Positions 31,601 to 40,232 of a DNA stretch of 64,000 nucleotides are shown here, in pieces. Location of the stretch: positions 4,133 through 68,132 of the forward strand of contig JAFPBO010000055.1 in the NCBI GenBank assembly GCA_017390475.1. Reading direction: 5' to 3'. The stretch's first letter is position 1. The number at the start of each line of letters is the position of its first letter. A program made the position numbers and the translations under genes. Under the pieces are notes generated by a model. The model worked only from the letters and a program-made list of their open reading frames with translations, was not told the origin of the DNA and did no database searches. Origin of the DNA: Loktanella sp. (lineage in GTDB: Bacteria; Pseudomonadota; Alphaproteobacteria; Rhodobacterales; Rhodobacteraceae).

Positions 31601-31892
31601 CCAGACCCTGAGCCGCGAGCATGCCGGGAATATCGTTCACATAGCGCGATCCGTTTTCTTCCTGAAACATCACAACATCATAATTACCCGCAGCGATAGC
31701 TTCGGCGGCGTATTGTGGCGACTGCTTGTAGCGGTTCCAGATATTGTAGGTCAGCAGCCGCAGCGTCGCAGACGTATCCTCCGCCTGCGCAGGCGCGGCC
31801 TGAAGCAATGGAAAGCTGAGCAGGGTGGTGCCCAAAAGGAAGGCATAGCCGCCCCTGCGCAGGGCGGAACACGGTGTAAAAGTTAGGGACAT
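28653..31892 (-). CDS. autotransporter with an endonuclease/exonuclease/phosphatase (EEP) passenger domain
   Basis: Signal peptide ...LLQAAPAQA. EEP catalytic motifs occur in order: LTYNIWN, MFQEENG, MGGDFNAGD, RIDHLMVS, LSDHDLV. PATR-type repeats (GTGSLTTGGAGTLTLSGDSTYTGATIV) follow. The C-terminal about 280-aa autotransporter barrel ends in ADLHIRF. Confidence 0.85.
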   Translation of the reverse strand: MSLTFTPCSALRRGGYAFLLGTTLLSFPLLQAAPAQAEDTSATLRLLTYNIWNRYKQSPQYAAEAIAAGNYDVVMFQEENGSRYVNDIPGMLAAQGLGTYQGARNGSSGIISRLPGTMGTHTLPAPGAQGRAITYARSEAALGRPETMIGSVHFDYSDQPNTRMNEAKGLNAWARSISGPLIMGGDFNAGDVSERGLHSVSQQELLLRIYTKTNNSFYYNLLTQYATDKAVLDQFISSWRGTGNTAIDNAPIPAGLFEEELYPIAGNTPVTMNILKKQFMLMQTEAVREAFMPHERGNGSATWPSNLEDATNTWGSWHRARIDHLMVSRPYGKWFALVDDPNDPYLGVIDGLEGGPEGNRRPLSDHDLVAHEFRWVGPQLETYDGDATRLVWGEGASTFSEDDKVFYLTRNNMRNDVYLGQVSDENGNPILTGLTLEEKKTLLDCTSSDPRFQAAIVEYCIDDHSFINETLVTDGGTVMIDENAALGDASARLRLADGGLRITGTAMQTLDRDVSLEGVGGFIDITNAAASVDAKGTFSGTGSLTTGGAGTLTLSGDSTYTGATIVTHGLLAVNGSIASSSMTTVQQGAVLGGTGSVGNLTIASGGTLGAGNSIGTLNVVGDLTFADGARLEVETDATGNTDRVDVTGRASLTGSVFALAATGAYRPSTSYTILTAGNGISGTFGTVTSTLAFLDAELAYGANDVTMTLDRNDTAFDSVASTRNRRAVAGAAESLGMGNAVYDAIVMADADTADVAFDGLSGEMHASAAGAFAENALAIGSVVADRSRAMTGGQIDVAQGPTATAMGTGQIWFQTFGNWGDGSGDGVTDIERSSNGTLIGFDTTLDSNWHLGGFVGLGSGDVRRDGGDRLDADSLHAGIYAGTTSGPLGLGVGLSHSRNEVDSLRRATFGTTTETLTATYDADTTQVFGEARYRFDTAHGVLEPFGALSHVRQSTDAFTEAGGAAALTSGGGNVDTTFTTLGLRTEQMFAMGQTDATLRGELGWRHAFGDVDPGIAMGFADGGAGFDVLGAPIAEDSAVLRASVGFDLAPGAQFVVGYAGQFSDDTADHGVTADLHIRF

Positions 31893-32269
31893 TCAATCGA
31901 ATCCTTGGATTGGAAATAGGGTAACAGAATGTCACATTAGATACTTTTTATGTCATCAATATTACATTATAGAGAAATCATCTTCGTTTGTTAGCTTTGT
32001 TGAAAGCATGGATGTTCCTTCCTGACGGCATCGTAATGTGCTGTGCCTGACGTCGGGTCCATAGGAAAGGGATGGGCGTGTGAATTGTACGCGAGCTAGC
32101 ATTGGCCGATCCGGTCATGCAGGAACGGTTAGGCACACCACAGATCGCACGTCAGATTGAGCTGATCGATAGATTTCCAACCACACGCGGCCAGGTCATC
32201 GAGCATTTCCACAATCTGCTTGCGCCCACCTGCGGTGAACATGGGGTGTCCTGGGAGTTGTGATTGCCT

Positions 32270-33682
32270 CTAGAACATGTTGCGTCCAATCGACAAATAT
32301 TTACGTAACGCAATTCGATCGATCTTGGAGTGGTGTCGTCTGTCAAGCGGAATGGCTGATATGTTCCGCACCTTCTTGATCCCAAAGGCTGCGGCACCTC
32401 CGCGCCAGGTTTCCATATGTTTGGCATCGCCTTCAATCACCAGCACCGGCATTTGGTTCCGTTCGGTCAACGCGGCCCGCACTACCCCCGGCCACATCCG
32501 CGCTGCAGTCTCGATCGCGAAAGGATATTGCACGCCTTTGTCGGTCGTCACCTGATCCCCGACACGGCCCAGTAGCCACAGCCGTCCTTGATCGTCCAAC
32601 CGCCCTGCGTCACCTGTGCGGTGCCAGATCATGGCACCTTCATACACTTTGTTTTCTGCATCGCGTCTTGGATCAAGATAGCCTGTATTCACATGGTTTC
32701 CGGACACTTGAATTTCCATGTCCACAATCCGCAGACGTACAGCATCAACGGGGCGCCCGACGTACAGACCATAACCTTCTTCGGTGGAATTGGCATGCGC
32801 GATAGGCTCGGCCTCGGTCGAGCCATATACAGTGGTTACTTTGATGTTCTTGGTGATATTTTGTAGATTATGGACGACGTCCGGGAAGACCGGACCACCA
32901 CCTGTGAAGATGTGGCCAAGCGTTCCTGTTTCCCCGGCCTTGACCAGTTTTTCGCAAAGCGCGGGAGGCAGCAACGCGCGCGTGCAGTGATTGGCAGATA
33001 TCCAATTGACAAACGCCTTTGGCTCGAGCGAAGCCAGTCTGGACATCTTCCAGTTCGGCAGGACAGACGTCCGTCCTTCAGCCAGATTGATCAGCACGAA
33101 GACCGGGAAGGTCACAAGGTCAATTTCTGCAGTTTCGCTATGCAACAAAGGTGCGACCGCTTTCCATTGCGCCATCAAGAATGCATGCGTGCGGGGGATT
33201 GCCTTTGGTGTTCCGGTGGTGCCAGAGGTGAAGGAAATCAGGGCCAGACTGTCTGGGTCGGCGACGGGTTTATACGGCGCGGCCTTGCCATGTCTGTTCG
33301 GTGTCAGCAGTTTTATGCGCCAAAGGTCCGGCAGCAGCAGCTTAATTGCCTTGTACGGACCAGCCGCGCAAAAGAACTTGGGCTGTGTGGCTTTGATCGC
33401 GGTTCTGACCCCAGCCAACCCCATCGCTGGTTCCGGCAAAACGACAGTAGCGCCCAAAGACCAGAGCGCGGCAAGCGAGGCGTAAAGATCAACGCCGATC
33501 CCCATCGCGATCAACACCCGGTCGCCAGAGCGCACCCCTTTGGCATACCAGCCGGAGGCGTCGCTGTCGGCCATCCGCTGGACTTGCGAAAACCGGTAGG
33601 CGGTGCCGTCGGCATCAATCACCGCGGTCCGGTCGCGGTAATCAGCCGCGGCTTGCGCGAAGGCAGTGGAAAGGGTTGTCAC
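32270..33682 (-). CDS. AMP-dependent synthetase/ligase (ANL adenylating enzyme)
   Basis: ISFTSGTTGTPKAI (A3), YGSTEAEP (A5), TGDAGRLDDQGRLWLLGR (A7/A8) and SKIDR (A10 Lys). Last gene of the coupled operon. Confidence 0.85.
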   Translation of the reverse strand: MTTLSTAFAQAAADYRDRTAVIDADGTAYRFSQVQRMADSDASGWYAKGVRSGDRVLIAMGIGVDLYASLAALWSLGATVVLPEPAMGLAGVRTAIKATQPKFFCAAGPYKAIKLLLPDLWRIKLLTPNRHGKAAPYKPVADPDSLALISFTSGTTGTPKAIPRTHAFLMAQWKAVAPLLHSETAEIDLVTFPVFVLINLAEGRTSVLPNWKMSRLASLEPKAFVNWISANHCTRALLPPALCEKLVKAGETGTLGHIFTGGGPVFPDVVHNLQNITKNIKVTTVYGSTEAEPIAHANSTEEGYGLYVGRPVDAVRLRIVDMEIQVSGNHVNTGYLDPRRDAENKVYEGAMIWHRTGDAGRLDDQGRLWLLGRVGDQVTTDKGVQYPFAIETAARMWPGVVRAALTERNQMPVLVIEGDAKHMETWRGGAAAFGIKKVRNISAIPLDRRHHSKIDRIALRKYLSIGRNMF

Positions 33683-34521
33683 AAAGCGCGCCCCATCAAT
33701 GCATAGCGACGAAACACGTCCGCCCCATTCAACCCTGACCTGATAGCGGACAGGTTGTCGTCATGCATCAGCGCATGAATGGCGGTTTCAAACCCCATCA
33801 CTTTAGCGTTGAGGTAGAATTGATAAGACAGCCAGTGCCCCGCGCCCTTTTGCGTTGACGCATAGGTCTTCAGGATCACAGAGGTGGGTTCTGGCCCTTC
33901 CGCATAGTTTGGGATGCCGAACAGAAAGCCGACCAATGCGCCCGTCCCATCGCGGGCGAACAAGATCAAATCCTGTTTCAGCAATGGCACGACAGGGCGA
34001 TACATCGTCAGGAAATCAGCAAGGTCGATGTGTTTATAGAACGGGTTGCCCGCGAAAGCCGCGCAGGACAGATCATAGACTTGCGTGAAGAGCATATCAG
34101 GATCAGTGCCATCCCACGCCGACACCGTAAAGACGTCCGTGTCACGGGGTTTTGCACCAGGCAATTCGGACAACGGGGCAGAGGCTGAAAAGTAGGATGA
34201 GATCACGTCAAAACCTGCGGCCCTGAACGCCGCTGCATCATGATCGGCGCTGGCGGGTTCCATAAGGAAGGGCTGGTGCATGCCACGTTCGGAAATCAGG
34301 CGATAAGCGTGCCATGTATCGCCCTCCATCGGGCCGATCAGGGCGGTGGCCCCCTTGGATTTTGCAATGGCTGCCGCCTCAGCCAACAGACGCGCGCCAG
34401 CCTTGGCCGAGGAAAACTTGCATTTACCAACTGTCGCCACCTGTGAATGGTCATCCCAAACGGGGCCATCAAACCAAATGGTCAACTGTCCATCATTGGT
34501 CTTCAATGTCTGTGTATTCAT
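33679..34521 (-). CDS. GNAT-fold acyl-CoA N-acyltransferase-like protein
   Basis: The C-terminal half LILFARDGTGALVGFLFG...LKTYASTQKGAGHWLSYQFYLNAKVMGFE fits the GNAT beta4-alpha3 Q/R-x-x-G-x-G/A region. The N-terminal half is unassigned. The start was moved to ATG 34521 (ATGA overlap). Confidence 0.5.
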   Translation of the reverse strand: MNTQTLKTNDGQLTIWFDGPVWDDHSQVATVGKCKFSSAKAGARLLAEAAAIAKSKGATALIGPMEGDTWHAYRLISERGMHQPFLMEPASADHDAAAFRAAGFDVISSYFSASAPLSELPGAKPRDTDVFTVSAWDGTDPDMLFTQVYDLSCAAFAGNPFYKHIDLADFLTMYRPVVPLLKQDLILFARDGTGALVGFLFGIPNYAEGPEPTSVILKTYASTQKGAGHWLSYQFYLNAKVMGFETAIHALMHDDNLSAIRSGLNGADVFRRYALMGRAL

Positions 34522-35834
34522 ACAGCCATCACCTTTATGCCAAAGCTGCACAGCGGGACCACAAGTGCCAGCAGCGTCAGTTTCGCCGCACGATGCGTGT
34601 CGAAAACCGCGGGTTTGAGCGACCCGGCGATCACCATCGCGCCGATCACGATTGCACCTGTCACTGTCATATCACCGGGCCAGCGCACAGAAACAGGATT
34701 GAAAAGCATCAGAACCTGGTAGAGGCCAAACAACCCAAGCCCCAGCAGGGTTGCGGCGCCAACGCGAAGCCAGAACGGTCTTTGTCCCCAAGCAACACCG
34801 GCAAAGCCCACGCAAAGCCCGACTACCATCAGCCCATAATACATCAGCGCATTCGCTTCGGTGACCAATCCAAGCGCCAGCCAGCCAAAGCTAGCCAGTG
34901 CAAGAGCAGCAACGATATCAAGCGCTGGATAGGCCGCTTTGCAAGGGTTTCGTCGGTGCGCAATGGCGTGCATGATAAACACCAGCAGCGGAATAACTGT
35001 ATTCTGAGGGGCAGTCACCGAGATCAGCAAGAAGGTCGAGATGATGTAAACCCGTGCCGCATGGTTGGTGATCCCGAACTTTGGAGCGACGCGCATGAAT
35101 AGCACAATCGCAAACAAGAACATCCCGATCAGTGCGACCAGCTCCTGCCACTGGCTGTTCATATGGCTTTCAAGAAAGACCAGCAGGCCGGTAGGCAAAA
35201 AGAAATTGTCGAAACCCCGCCAGCTGTCCGCCTCGACTAAAGTGCCGAAGGATGCGACCATAACGGCAAGCAGGATGACATTGGGGCGGGAGACGTCCGA
35301 CAAAAGCAACAGACACACCATCGCAATCACAAGCGTGATCATGAAAAAAGCGACAGAGCCTTCGATCGATTTCTGGCCGTCTTCAACGGTAAAGAATTTT
35401 CGACCATAATGGCTGCCTGTCAAAGCCGCGGCGGCATCTGCCAGGGTCAAGGTCGCAATTGGAAGGATGTACAGGATTGCGTGCCCATCCGAGAGCAGGA
35501 ACGCCGTTCCGACCGCAAGCGCAAGAAGAAGATCACCATATGATTGCCGGTTCACGCCGTGCAATGTTGCGCCGATCCCCCCTTTGGAAAAGCTAGGCAT
35601 GCGCAAGATGCACATGACGATAAGTGTGAGCCCGACCAACATGAAAACCGGCCAGTCGTCGGTGAAAAGCCAGGGCAGGGTCAGCGCATAAAGCCCTGTG
35701 CCGATATGGACCAGTTTGCGTTGAACTTCGGTGGAAATGTCGTACGCGCTAGCAAGGCGTTTGACGCTTGCCATCAGCCCCAGCAGGACCGCCACAGATG
35801 CAAATGCGATTGCGATTTGCAGTGCCACGCTCAC
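34518..35834 (-). CDS. polytopic membrane protein: CTP-transferase family (CdsA / phytol-dolichol kinase-like) N-domain plus an uncharacterised C-terminal TM extension
   Basis: QRKLVHIGTGLYAL and LADAAAALTGSHYGRKFFTVEDGQKSIEGSVAFF match the G-D-x-x-A-x-x-x-G...K-S-x-E-G signature of PF01148-type enzymes. About 220 further residues are hydrophobic. Confidence 0.6.
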   Translation of the reverse strand: MSVALQIAIAFASVAVLLGLMASVKRLASAYDISTEVQRKLVHIGTGLYALTLPWLFTDDWPVFMLVGLTLIVMCILRMPSFSKGGIGATLHGVNRQSYGDLLLALAVGTAFLLSDGHAILYILPIATLTLADAAAALTGSHYGRKFFTVEDGQKSIEGSVAFFMITLVIAMVCLLLLSDVSRPNVILLAVMVASFGTLVEADSWRGFDNFFLPTGLLVFLESHMNSQWQELVALIGMFLFAIVLFMRVAPKFGITNHAARVYIISTFLLISVTAPQNTVIPLLVFIMHAIAHRRNPCKAAYPALDIVAALALASFGWLALGLVTEANALMYYGLMVVGLCVGFAGVAWGQRPFWLRVGAATLLGLGLFGLYQVLMLFNPVSVRWPGDMTVTGAIVIGAMVIAGSLKPAVFDTHRAAKLTLLALVVPLCSFGIKVMAV

Positions 35835-36934
35835 CCCTGAAATTCCTCGATTACGAAGTCGGAATAGAAAAAGGCTTTGTCCTTGGCTTTCAGACGGATT
35901 TCATTCTCGGTCAGGGTTGTCATCTGATCGGTAAAGGCAGGCGGGACACGCCGCTGTGCCATCATATTCCAATAGACAAGACGCGCCTTTGGATTTGCAG
36001 CGCTCAGGATCTGCCCGTAAACTTGGGCAAAGATGTTCGGGGACATGTATTCAAAAATATCCGACAGGTTAAACCCATCGGCCTTGTCGCCGTCATCAAT
36101 AAACGCCTCAAGCGCGCCTTGGCGAATGTCCAGCCGATCCAGTCGGTCGCGGATCGTCGTGTAGTGTTCGGCGCGCCAAGGCATCGGCACAGCATCGCCA
36201 TGTTTACCTTTCATGATCCAGTACAGATAGGGATTTTGCGACGGGTCACAATCGACCGCCGCATGCTTGATCCTGCGCGCGACATGTTGCGCTACAGAGC
36301 CTTGAACGTGATCAAAGAATGCCTTGTCTCGGCCCATCCGGCCCATCATGAAACGCGAAAAGAACAGATTGAGCAAAAGCCGCCAGCGCCATGTGTTGAA
36401 TCGCTGATCTAGAAATTTCTGTCGTTCGGCCTTGGGACGTGGAACGAAAATGTCGTCGATAGTCTTCCTCGAATGAACTAAAGGCAGTAGCTTTGTTCTG
36501 AAAATGCGGAAATAGCGTTCAAATTTACCAACCCCACCGGCGCCATAAGCAATGACATCATCACGTTGGTCTTGCCAGAATAGGCGCGTTTCCGAGTCGA
36601 TCTCGGCGATGGCCCGGTCCAGCAGCGCGCCACGCCGGGTGCTGGGGCGTGAACCCATCAATTCAAGGAATTCCGGTTGTGACAACGCGCGGTAAGCACC
36701 GATGCGCAGGCGCAGGCAGGCGATCTGGGCAGGCGACAGATCCACCACAACCACGCGCGCTGGGTCCAGTGTCAGCATCGCCAAAGCATTGTCGCCAGCC
36801 GAACAGATTGAAACAAGCGTTTTGTCTGGATCCTGAGGCAGTGCGGCACACAGAACATCCGCATCTTCCCACAATTGCGCATAACGGATGTGGTCGAAAT
36901 TTGCTTTTCCTGCGATTTCAGAGCTTTGCGTCAT
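35831..36934 (-). CDS. DUF3419 / BtaA-like (SAM:lipid 3-amino-3-carboxypropyl transferase family) protein
   Basis: IRYAQLWEDADVLCAAL...TLVSICSAGDNALAMLTLDPARVVVVDLSPAQIACLRLRIGAY matches my recollection of the BtaA/DUF3419 N-terminal signature. No btaB-like methyltransferase is nearby. Confidence 0.65.
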   Translation of the reverse strand: MTQSSEIAGKANFDHIRYAQLWEDADVLCAALPQDPDKTLVSICSAGDNALAMLTLDPARVVVVDLSPAQIACLRLRIGAYRALSQPEFLELMGSRPSTRRGALLDRAIAEIDSETRLFWQDQRDDVIAYGAGGVGKFERYFRIFRTKLLPLVHSRKTIDDIFVPRPKAERQKFLDQRFNTWRWRLLLNLFFSRFMMGRMGRDKAFFDHVQGSVAQHVARRIKHAAVDCDPSQNPYLYWIMKGKHGDAVPMPWRAEHYTTIRDRLDRLDIRQGALEAFIDDGDKADGFNLSDIFEYMSPNIFAQVYGQILSAANPKARLVYWNMMAQRRVPPAFTDQMTTLTENEIRLKAKDKAFFYSDFVIEEFQG

Positions 36935-39324
36935 GTCTTCGTCACCAGCCCTGTCGCCCCGTTCACAAGCAATGTTTCACCATCCTTGACCCACTGCGTC
37001 GCCCCCTTAAGCCCGACAACACATGGAATGCCCAATTCACGCGCGACGATGGCAGAATGGGACAAAAGCGACCCGCGCTCCACGACAATGGCGCTTGCGT
37101 TGGAAAACACAGCGATCCAGCCGGGGTCGGTGTGTCTGGCGACAAGAATATCGCCCGGGGACAGGCTTTCGGTACGTGGGTCGCGGATCACGCGGGCTTT
37201 GGCGGTTACTTGTCCGGCAGAACATCCGGTGGCGGTGCGCGTATCGCCGGTTTCGGTTGTTTGCATCACCGCATGAATCGTCGTGGCAGGCAGGATCGCA
37301 GGGCCGCGCACCTCAATCCGTTCAGGCGGGTCGTTGCGGGTGGCCGATGCTGCGTCTTCTGTCTGGCGCAGCTCGATCAGCCCGCGCAGGTTCGAGGACA
37401 ATCCGAACCCTTCAATCGCGCCCATGACTTCTGCGACGGTCAGATGAAATATATCGCGGGGTTGATCAATCAGGTCACGTGCAGCGAATTCACGGCCCAT
37501 GGACAGGAAAACCTGCCGCGCCCGACCAAACAGTCGTGTGCGTTCAAATCGTAGGTTTTCGCGGTCGCGCACACGCGCCTTGGCCCATCCGACAATCCAT
37601 TTCGCCAGCCGGGCCTTGACGGGTTTGCCCCGAAAAATCTTTGCCCAATCCGGTTCCGGTGCCACGATATGATCTGCCGGGGGGCGTTTGGCGCTTGCGG
37701 CAATGGCTGCGAAAAGCTGGGATGCATCCTCGGTCAAAGGAATGGATTCCAGCTTCAGTTCTTCAGTACAGCGGTCGCCGAATTTGGCAAGGTAGCTGGC
37801 CAATTCATCTTTCAGCGCCGGGTGGGTCCCGATCTGATCGGCGGGAATATCATGCTCTGCCGCGATACGACCCATTCTCGCGATCCGCTGTGCAGGTTCG
37901 GCCGAGACGATATCACCCTGCCCAATCATGACGTCATTGTGCAACATCAGTCCATCATCGCCCAGCCAATTTTCCAGCAGGTTCCGTGACGCGCCAAACG
38001 CGATCATGCACAGAAAATCATTGATCAAAGGAGCATCCCAACGGTCCAGCAAGGTGCTTTCGATGCGGCGATACTCGCTGGCAAGCTGTGTCAGGTTGGC
38101 GGTTTGTAGGTGAAGGTCGCTGTCCAGTGCTGCATTCAGGCGTGAATAGAAATTGCGCCGGGTTCGGGGGAGACGCATCGCCTCGAAAACCAACCGCGCG
38201 GCGACACCGGCGAGTTTGCCGTATTCCGTCACCTTTGCGAATCCCTTGGCAGGTGGCGGGCCGATATTGTCTGTAATCTCAGCGGGCATGGGCGTGTCGA
38301 CGCCCATCATGGTCTCCATATAGGCGCGGTTCAGCGAAAAACCGGGCAAATGCGCAAGCGCGCGGTACCAGTTGACGAGATTGTAGTAAACATGCCCATC
38401 AACGCGCCCCAGCATGTTGCCAAAAATTGCCGCATTTTCGGAGATGGTGGCTTCGCTCACGCCCAATAGCCGCACAAAGGATTGGTAGACGCGGTCGTAG
38501 ACATGCACCGCGAAACTGTAGGTCAGCGGCGATACCATCCCCGGGTAACTTTCGACAATATTGGAGTTATCGAATATAGTCAGTGCGTTGTCGGGCATTG
38601 CTATCGGTTTCAGTGCGGTCGTGATCGGGCGGGTTTGCAGGATATGCAGCCCATCCGCGTCAATCGCCCATTCGATATCTTGCGGACTACCAAATGCTGC
38701 TTCAGCCTTGCGCGCTATCTCGGCGATGCTGTTGATTTCGGCCTCCGACAGAATGGGGTCTGGCGGCGCGGTGACCGTGTCGGCGACCACCCAGCTTTGG
38801 CCGTCAACCTCGCCACTGACCAAGGCATCGCCAAGGCCCTCGGTCGCGGAGATGACCACGCAATCGCGTCGTCCGCTGACCGGGTCAGCGCTGAACGCGA
38901 TACCGGATACACGGGCGTCGATCATCTGCTGAACAACGATGGCCGGTGCTGCCGCACCACCCCCCGATTTGACCGCACGATAGGTGGTGACCGTCTCACC
39001 AAACCCCGAGGCCCAGACCTTCGCAGCGGCATCAACGACATTGCCCGCTTTGACATTCAGAAAGGTATCGAACTGGCCCGCGTGACTATGTTCCTGCCCG
39101 TCCTCGGCATGGCCAGAGGATCGCACCGCATAGGGGCCGGGGCCGATGGTTTTCAGCGCTTTGGTGACGGCAGTTTTCAGCCCACGCAGCGGTTTGCCAT
39201 CGGTAAATGCATCTGCCGGGATGACAAAGGATGCAGGCGGATTGAACCCGCATTTCGCAAGCCGGGCAAGGGACGCGCCTTTGCCACCTGCCTGCGCGGG
39301 ATCGGTGTTGTTGAACAAGATCAT
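36931..39324 (-). CDS. PEP-utilising-enzyme family dikinase with rifampin-phosphotransferase-like domain order
   Basis: N-terminal ATP-grasp (PPDK_N-like: GGKGASLARLAK...AVRSSGHAEDG). The swivel phospho-His domain sits at the extreme C-terminus (ILVARHTDPGWIAVFSNASAIVVERGSLLSHSAIVARELGIPCVVG). There is no C-terminal PEP/pyruvate TIM barrel. The start was moved to ATG 39324 (ATGA overlap). Confidence 0.8.
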   Translation of the reverse strand: MILFNNTDPAQAGGKGASLARLAKCGFNPPASFVIPADAFTDGKPLRGLKTAVTKALKTIGPGPYAVRSSGHAEDGQEHSHAGQFDTFLNVKAGNVVDAAAKVWASGFGETVTTYRAVKSGGGAAAPAIVVQQMIDARVSGIAFSADPVSGRRDCVVISATEGLGDALVSGEVDGQSWVVADTVTAPPDPILSEAEINSIAEIARKAEAAFGSPQDIEWAIDADGLHILQTRPITTALKPIAMPDNALTIFDNSNIVESYPGMVSPLTYSFAVHVYDRVYQSFVRLLGVSEATISENAAIFGNMLGRVDGHVYYNLVNWYRALAHLPGFSLNRAYMETMMGVDTPMPAEITDNIGPPPAKGFAKVTEYGKLAGVAARLVFEAMRLPRTRRNFYSRLNAALDSDLHLQTANLTQLASEYRRIESTLLDRWDAPLINDFLCMIAFGASRNLLENWLGDDGLMLHNDVMIGQGDIVSAEPAQRIARMGRIAAEHDIPADQIGTHPALKDELASYLAKFGDRCTEELKLESIPLTEDASQLFAAIAASAKRPPADHIVAPEPDWAKIFRGKPVKARLAKWIVGWAKARVRDRENLRFERTRLFGRARQVFLSMGREFAARDLIDQPRDIFHLTVAEVMGAIEGFGLSSNLRGLIELRQTEDAASATRNDPPERIEVRGPAILPATTIHAVMQTTETGDTRTATGCSAGQVTAKARVIRDPRTESLSPGDILVARHTDPGWIAVFSNASAIVVERGSLLSHSAIVARELGIPCVVGLKGATQWVKDGETLLVNGATGLVTKT

Positions 39325-40232
39325 GGCAGCCCTCCAAGGACGAGCGGCAGAAAGCCTGCAGTTGCATAACAGCCAAACACCCACAATCCTGCCAGCGTGT
39401 CCATCTGCTTTTCAGCTTTGACGGTCGGGGCGGCGGCGTAACGGCGTGCCGCGAAGCTGCAGACCAGCAAGCCACTAAGGCTGATCAAGCAAAAAGCAAT
39501 CGCAAAACCTGCAGCGATGCCGACGCCGATCACCAATCCGGCGGATATACCTACAAAGACAAGCCAGATGTTGGCGGCGCGTTTTGGTCCCCAGAGGCCG
39601 GAATAGGTATCCACCCCGACCCGTTCATTTTCGACAGCCCAAAGCTTGCGGCCTATTTCTAGCACACACCCGTTCGAGAATGACAAGGCAATAAACAGCC
39701 AGAGCGCAGGTGCGGCTGATCCATGCGGCAACCATTCGATCCCGGTCAGCATCAGGTCGATCAGCGGCATGATTGCCATATGCGACAATAGATAAAGCAC
39801 CGGGCGTGCCTTGAGCCATACCGGGACGCCGAATTCGAACGTCATCGCCCCAAGCCACGCCCATGTCAGCAATAGCAGCCAGATTAGGCCCGCACCGTGC
39901 AGCAACGCTAGGACGATGCCCAAAGGTATGGTCACGACCCCAAGCAGGACAATCAGGCGCAGCGTCACCAAACCACGCGGAATTGGCCGTTCGGGGCGGT
40001 ACTTTGCATCGTCTTCCCCGTCTTTCACCTCGTCTGCAACACGCAGTTGGAAGAACAGAAAAAACACCAGCAGAAAGCCAACGATATATGCCGATAGGTC
40101 CGGCAGGGAACGGTCGGACAGAACGGCAGATATTGTGATAGAAGCCGCAGAAAAACACGCTAGAAGCGGCACGGTTTTCACCAAGGGGAACCGTTCAGCC
40201 TGATAAATCCACAAACGCTGTGCGAGGGTCAT
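39321..40232 (-). CDS. UbiA-superfamily prenyltransferase
   Basis: 303 aa with about eight TM helices. First Asp-rich motif RVADEVKDGEDDAKYRPERPIPRGLV. The second loop EIGRKLWAVENERVGVDTYSGLWG resembles the UbiA second motif region. Confidence 0.7.
   Translation of the reverse strand: MTLAQRLWIYQAERFPLVKTVPLLACFSAASITISAVLSDRSLPDLSAYIVGFLLVFFLFFQLRVADEVKDGEDDAKYRPERPIPRGLVTLRLIVLLGVVTIPLGIVLALLHGAGLIWLLLLTWAWLGAMTFEFGVPVWLKARPVLYLLSHMAIMPLIDLMLTGIEWLPHGSAAPALWLFIALSFSNGCVLEIGRKLWAVENERVGVDTYSGLWGPKRAANIWLVFVGISAGLVIGVGIAAGFAIAFCLISLSGLLVCSFAARRYAAAPTVKAEKQMDTLAGLWVFGCYATAGFLPLVLGGLP

Noticed and set aside
32153-32243. 30-aa minus-strand ORF (MFTAGGRKQIVEMLDDLAACGWKSIDQLNL) just downstream of the adenylating enzyme, considered as a possible carrier or precursor peptide
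   Set aside because: It has no phosphopantetheine-site (DSL) motif, no RBS that I could see and no other support. It is too short to call.
36649-39369. 301-aa and 295-aa plus-strand ORFs
   Set aside because: They are antisense to the PEP-utilising-enzyme gene. Arg-rich, low-complexity translations.
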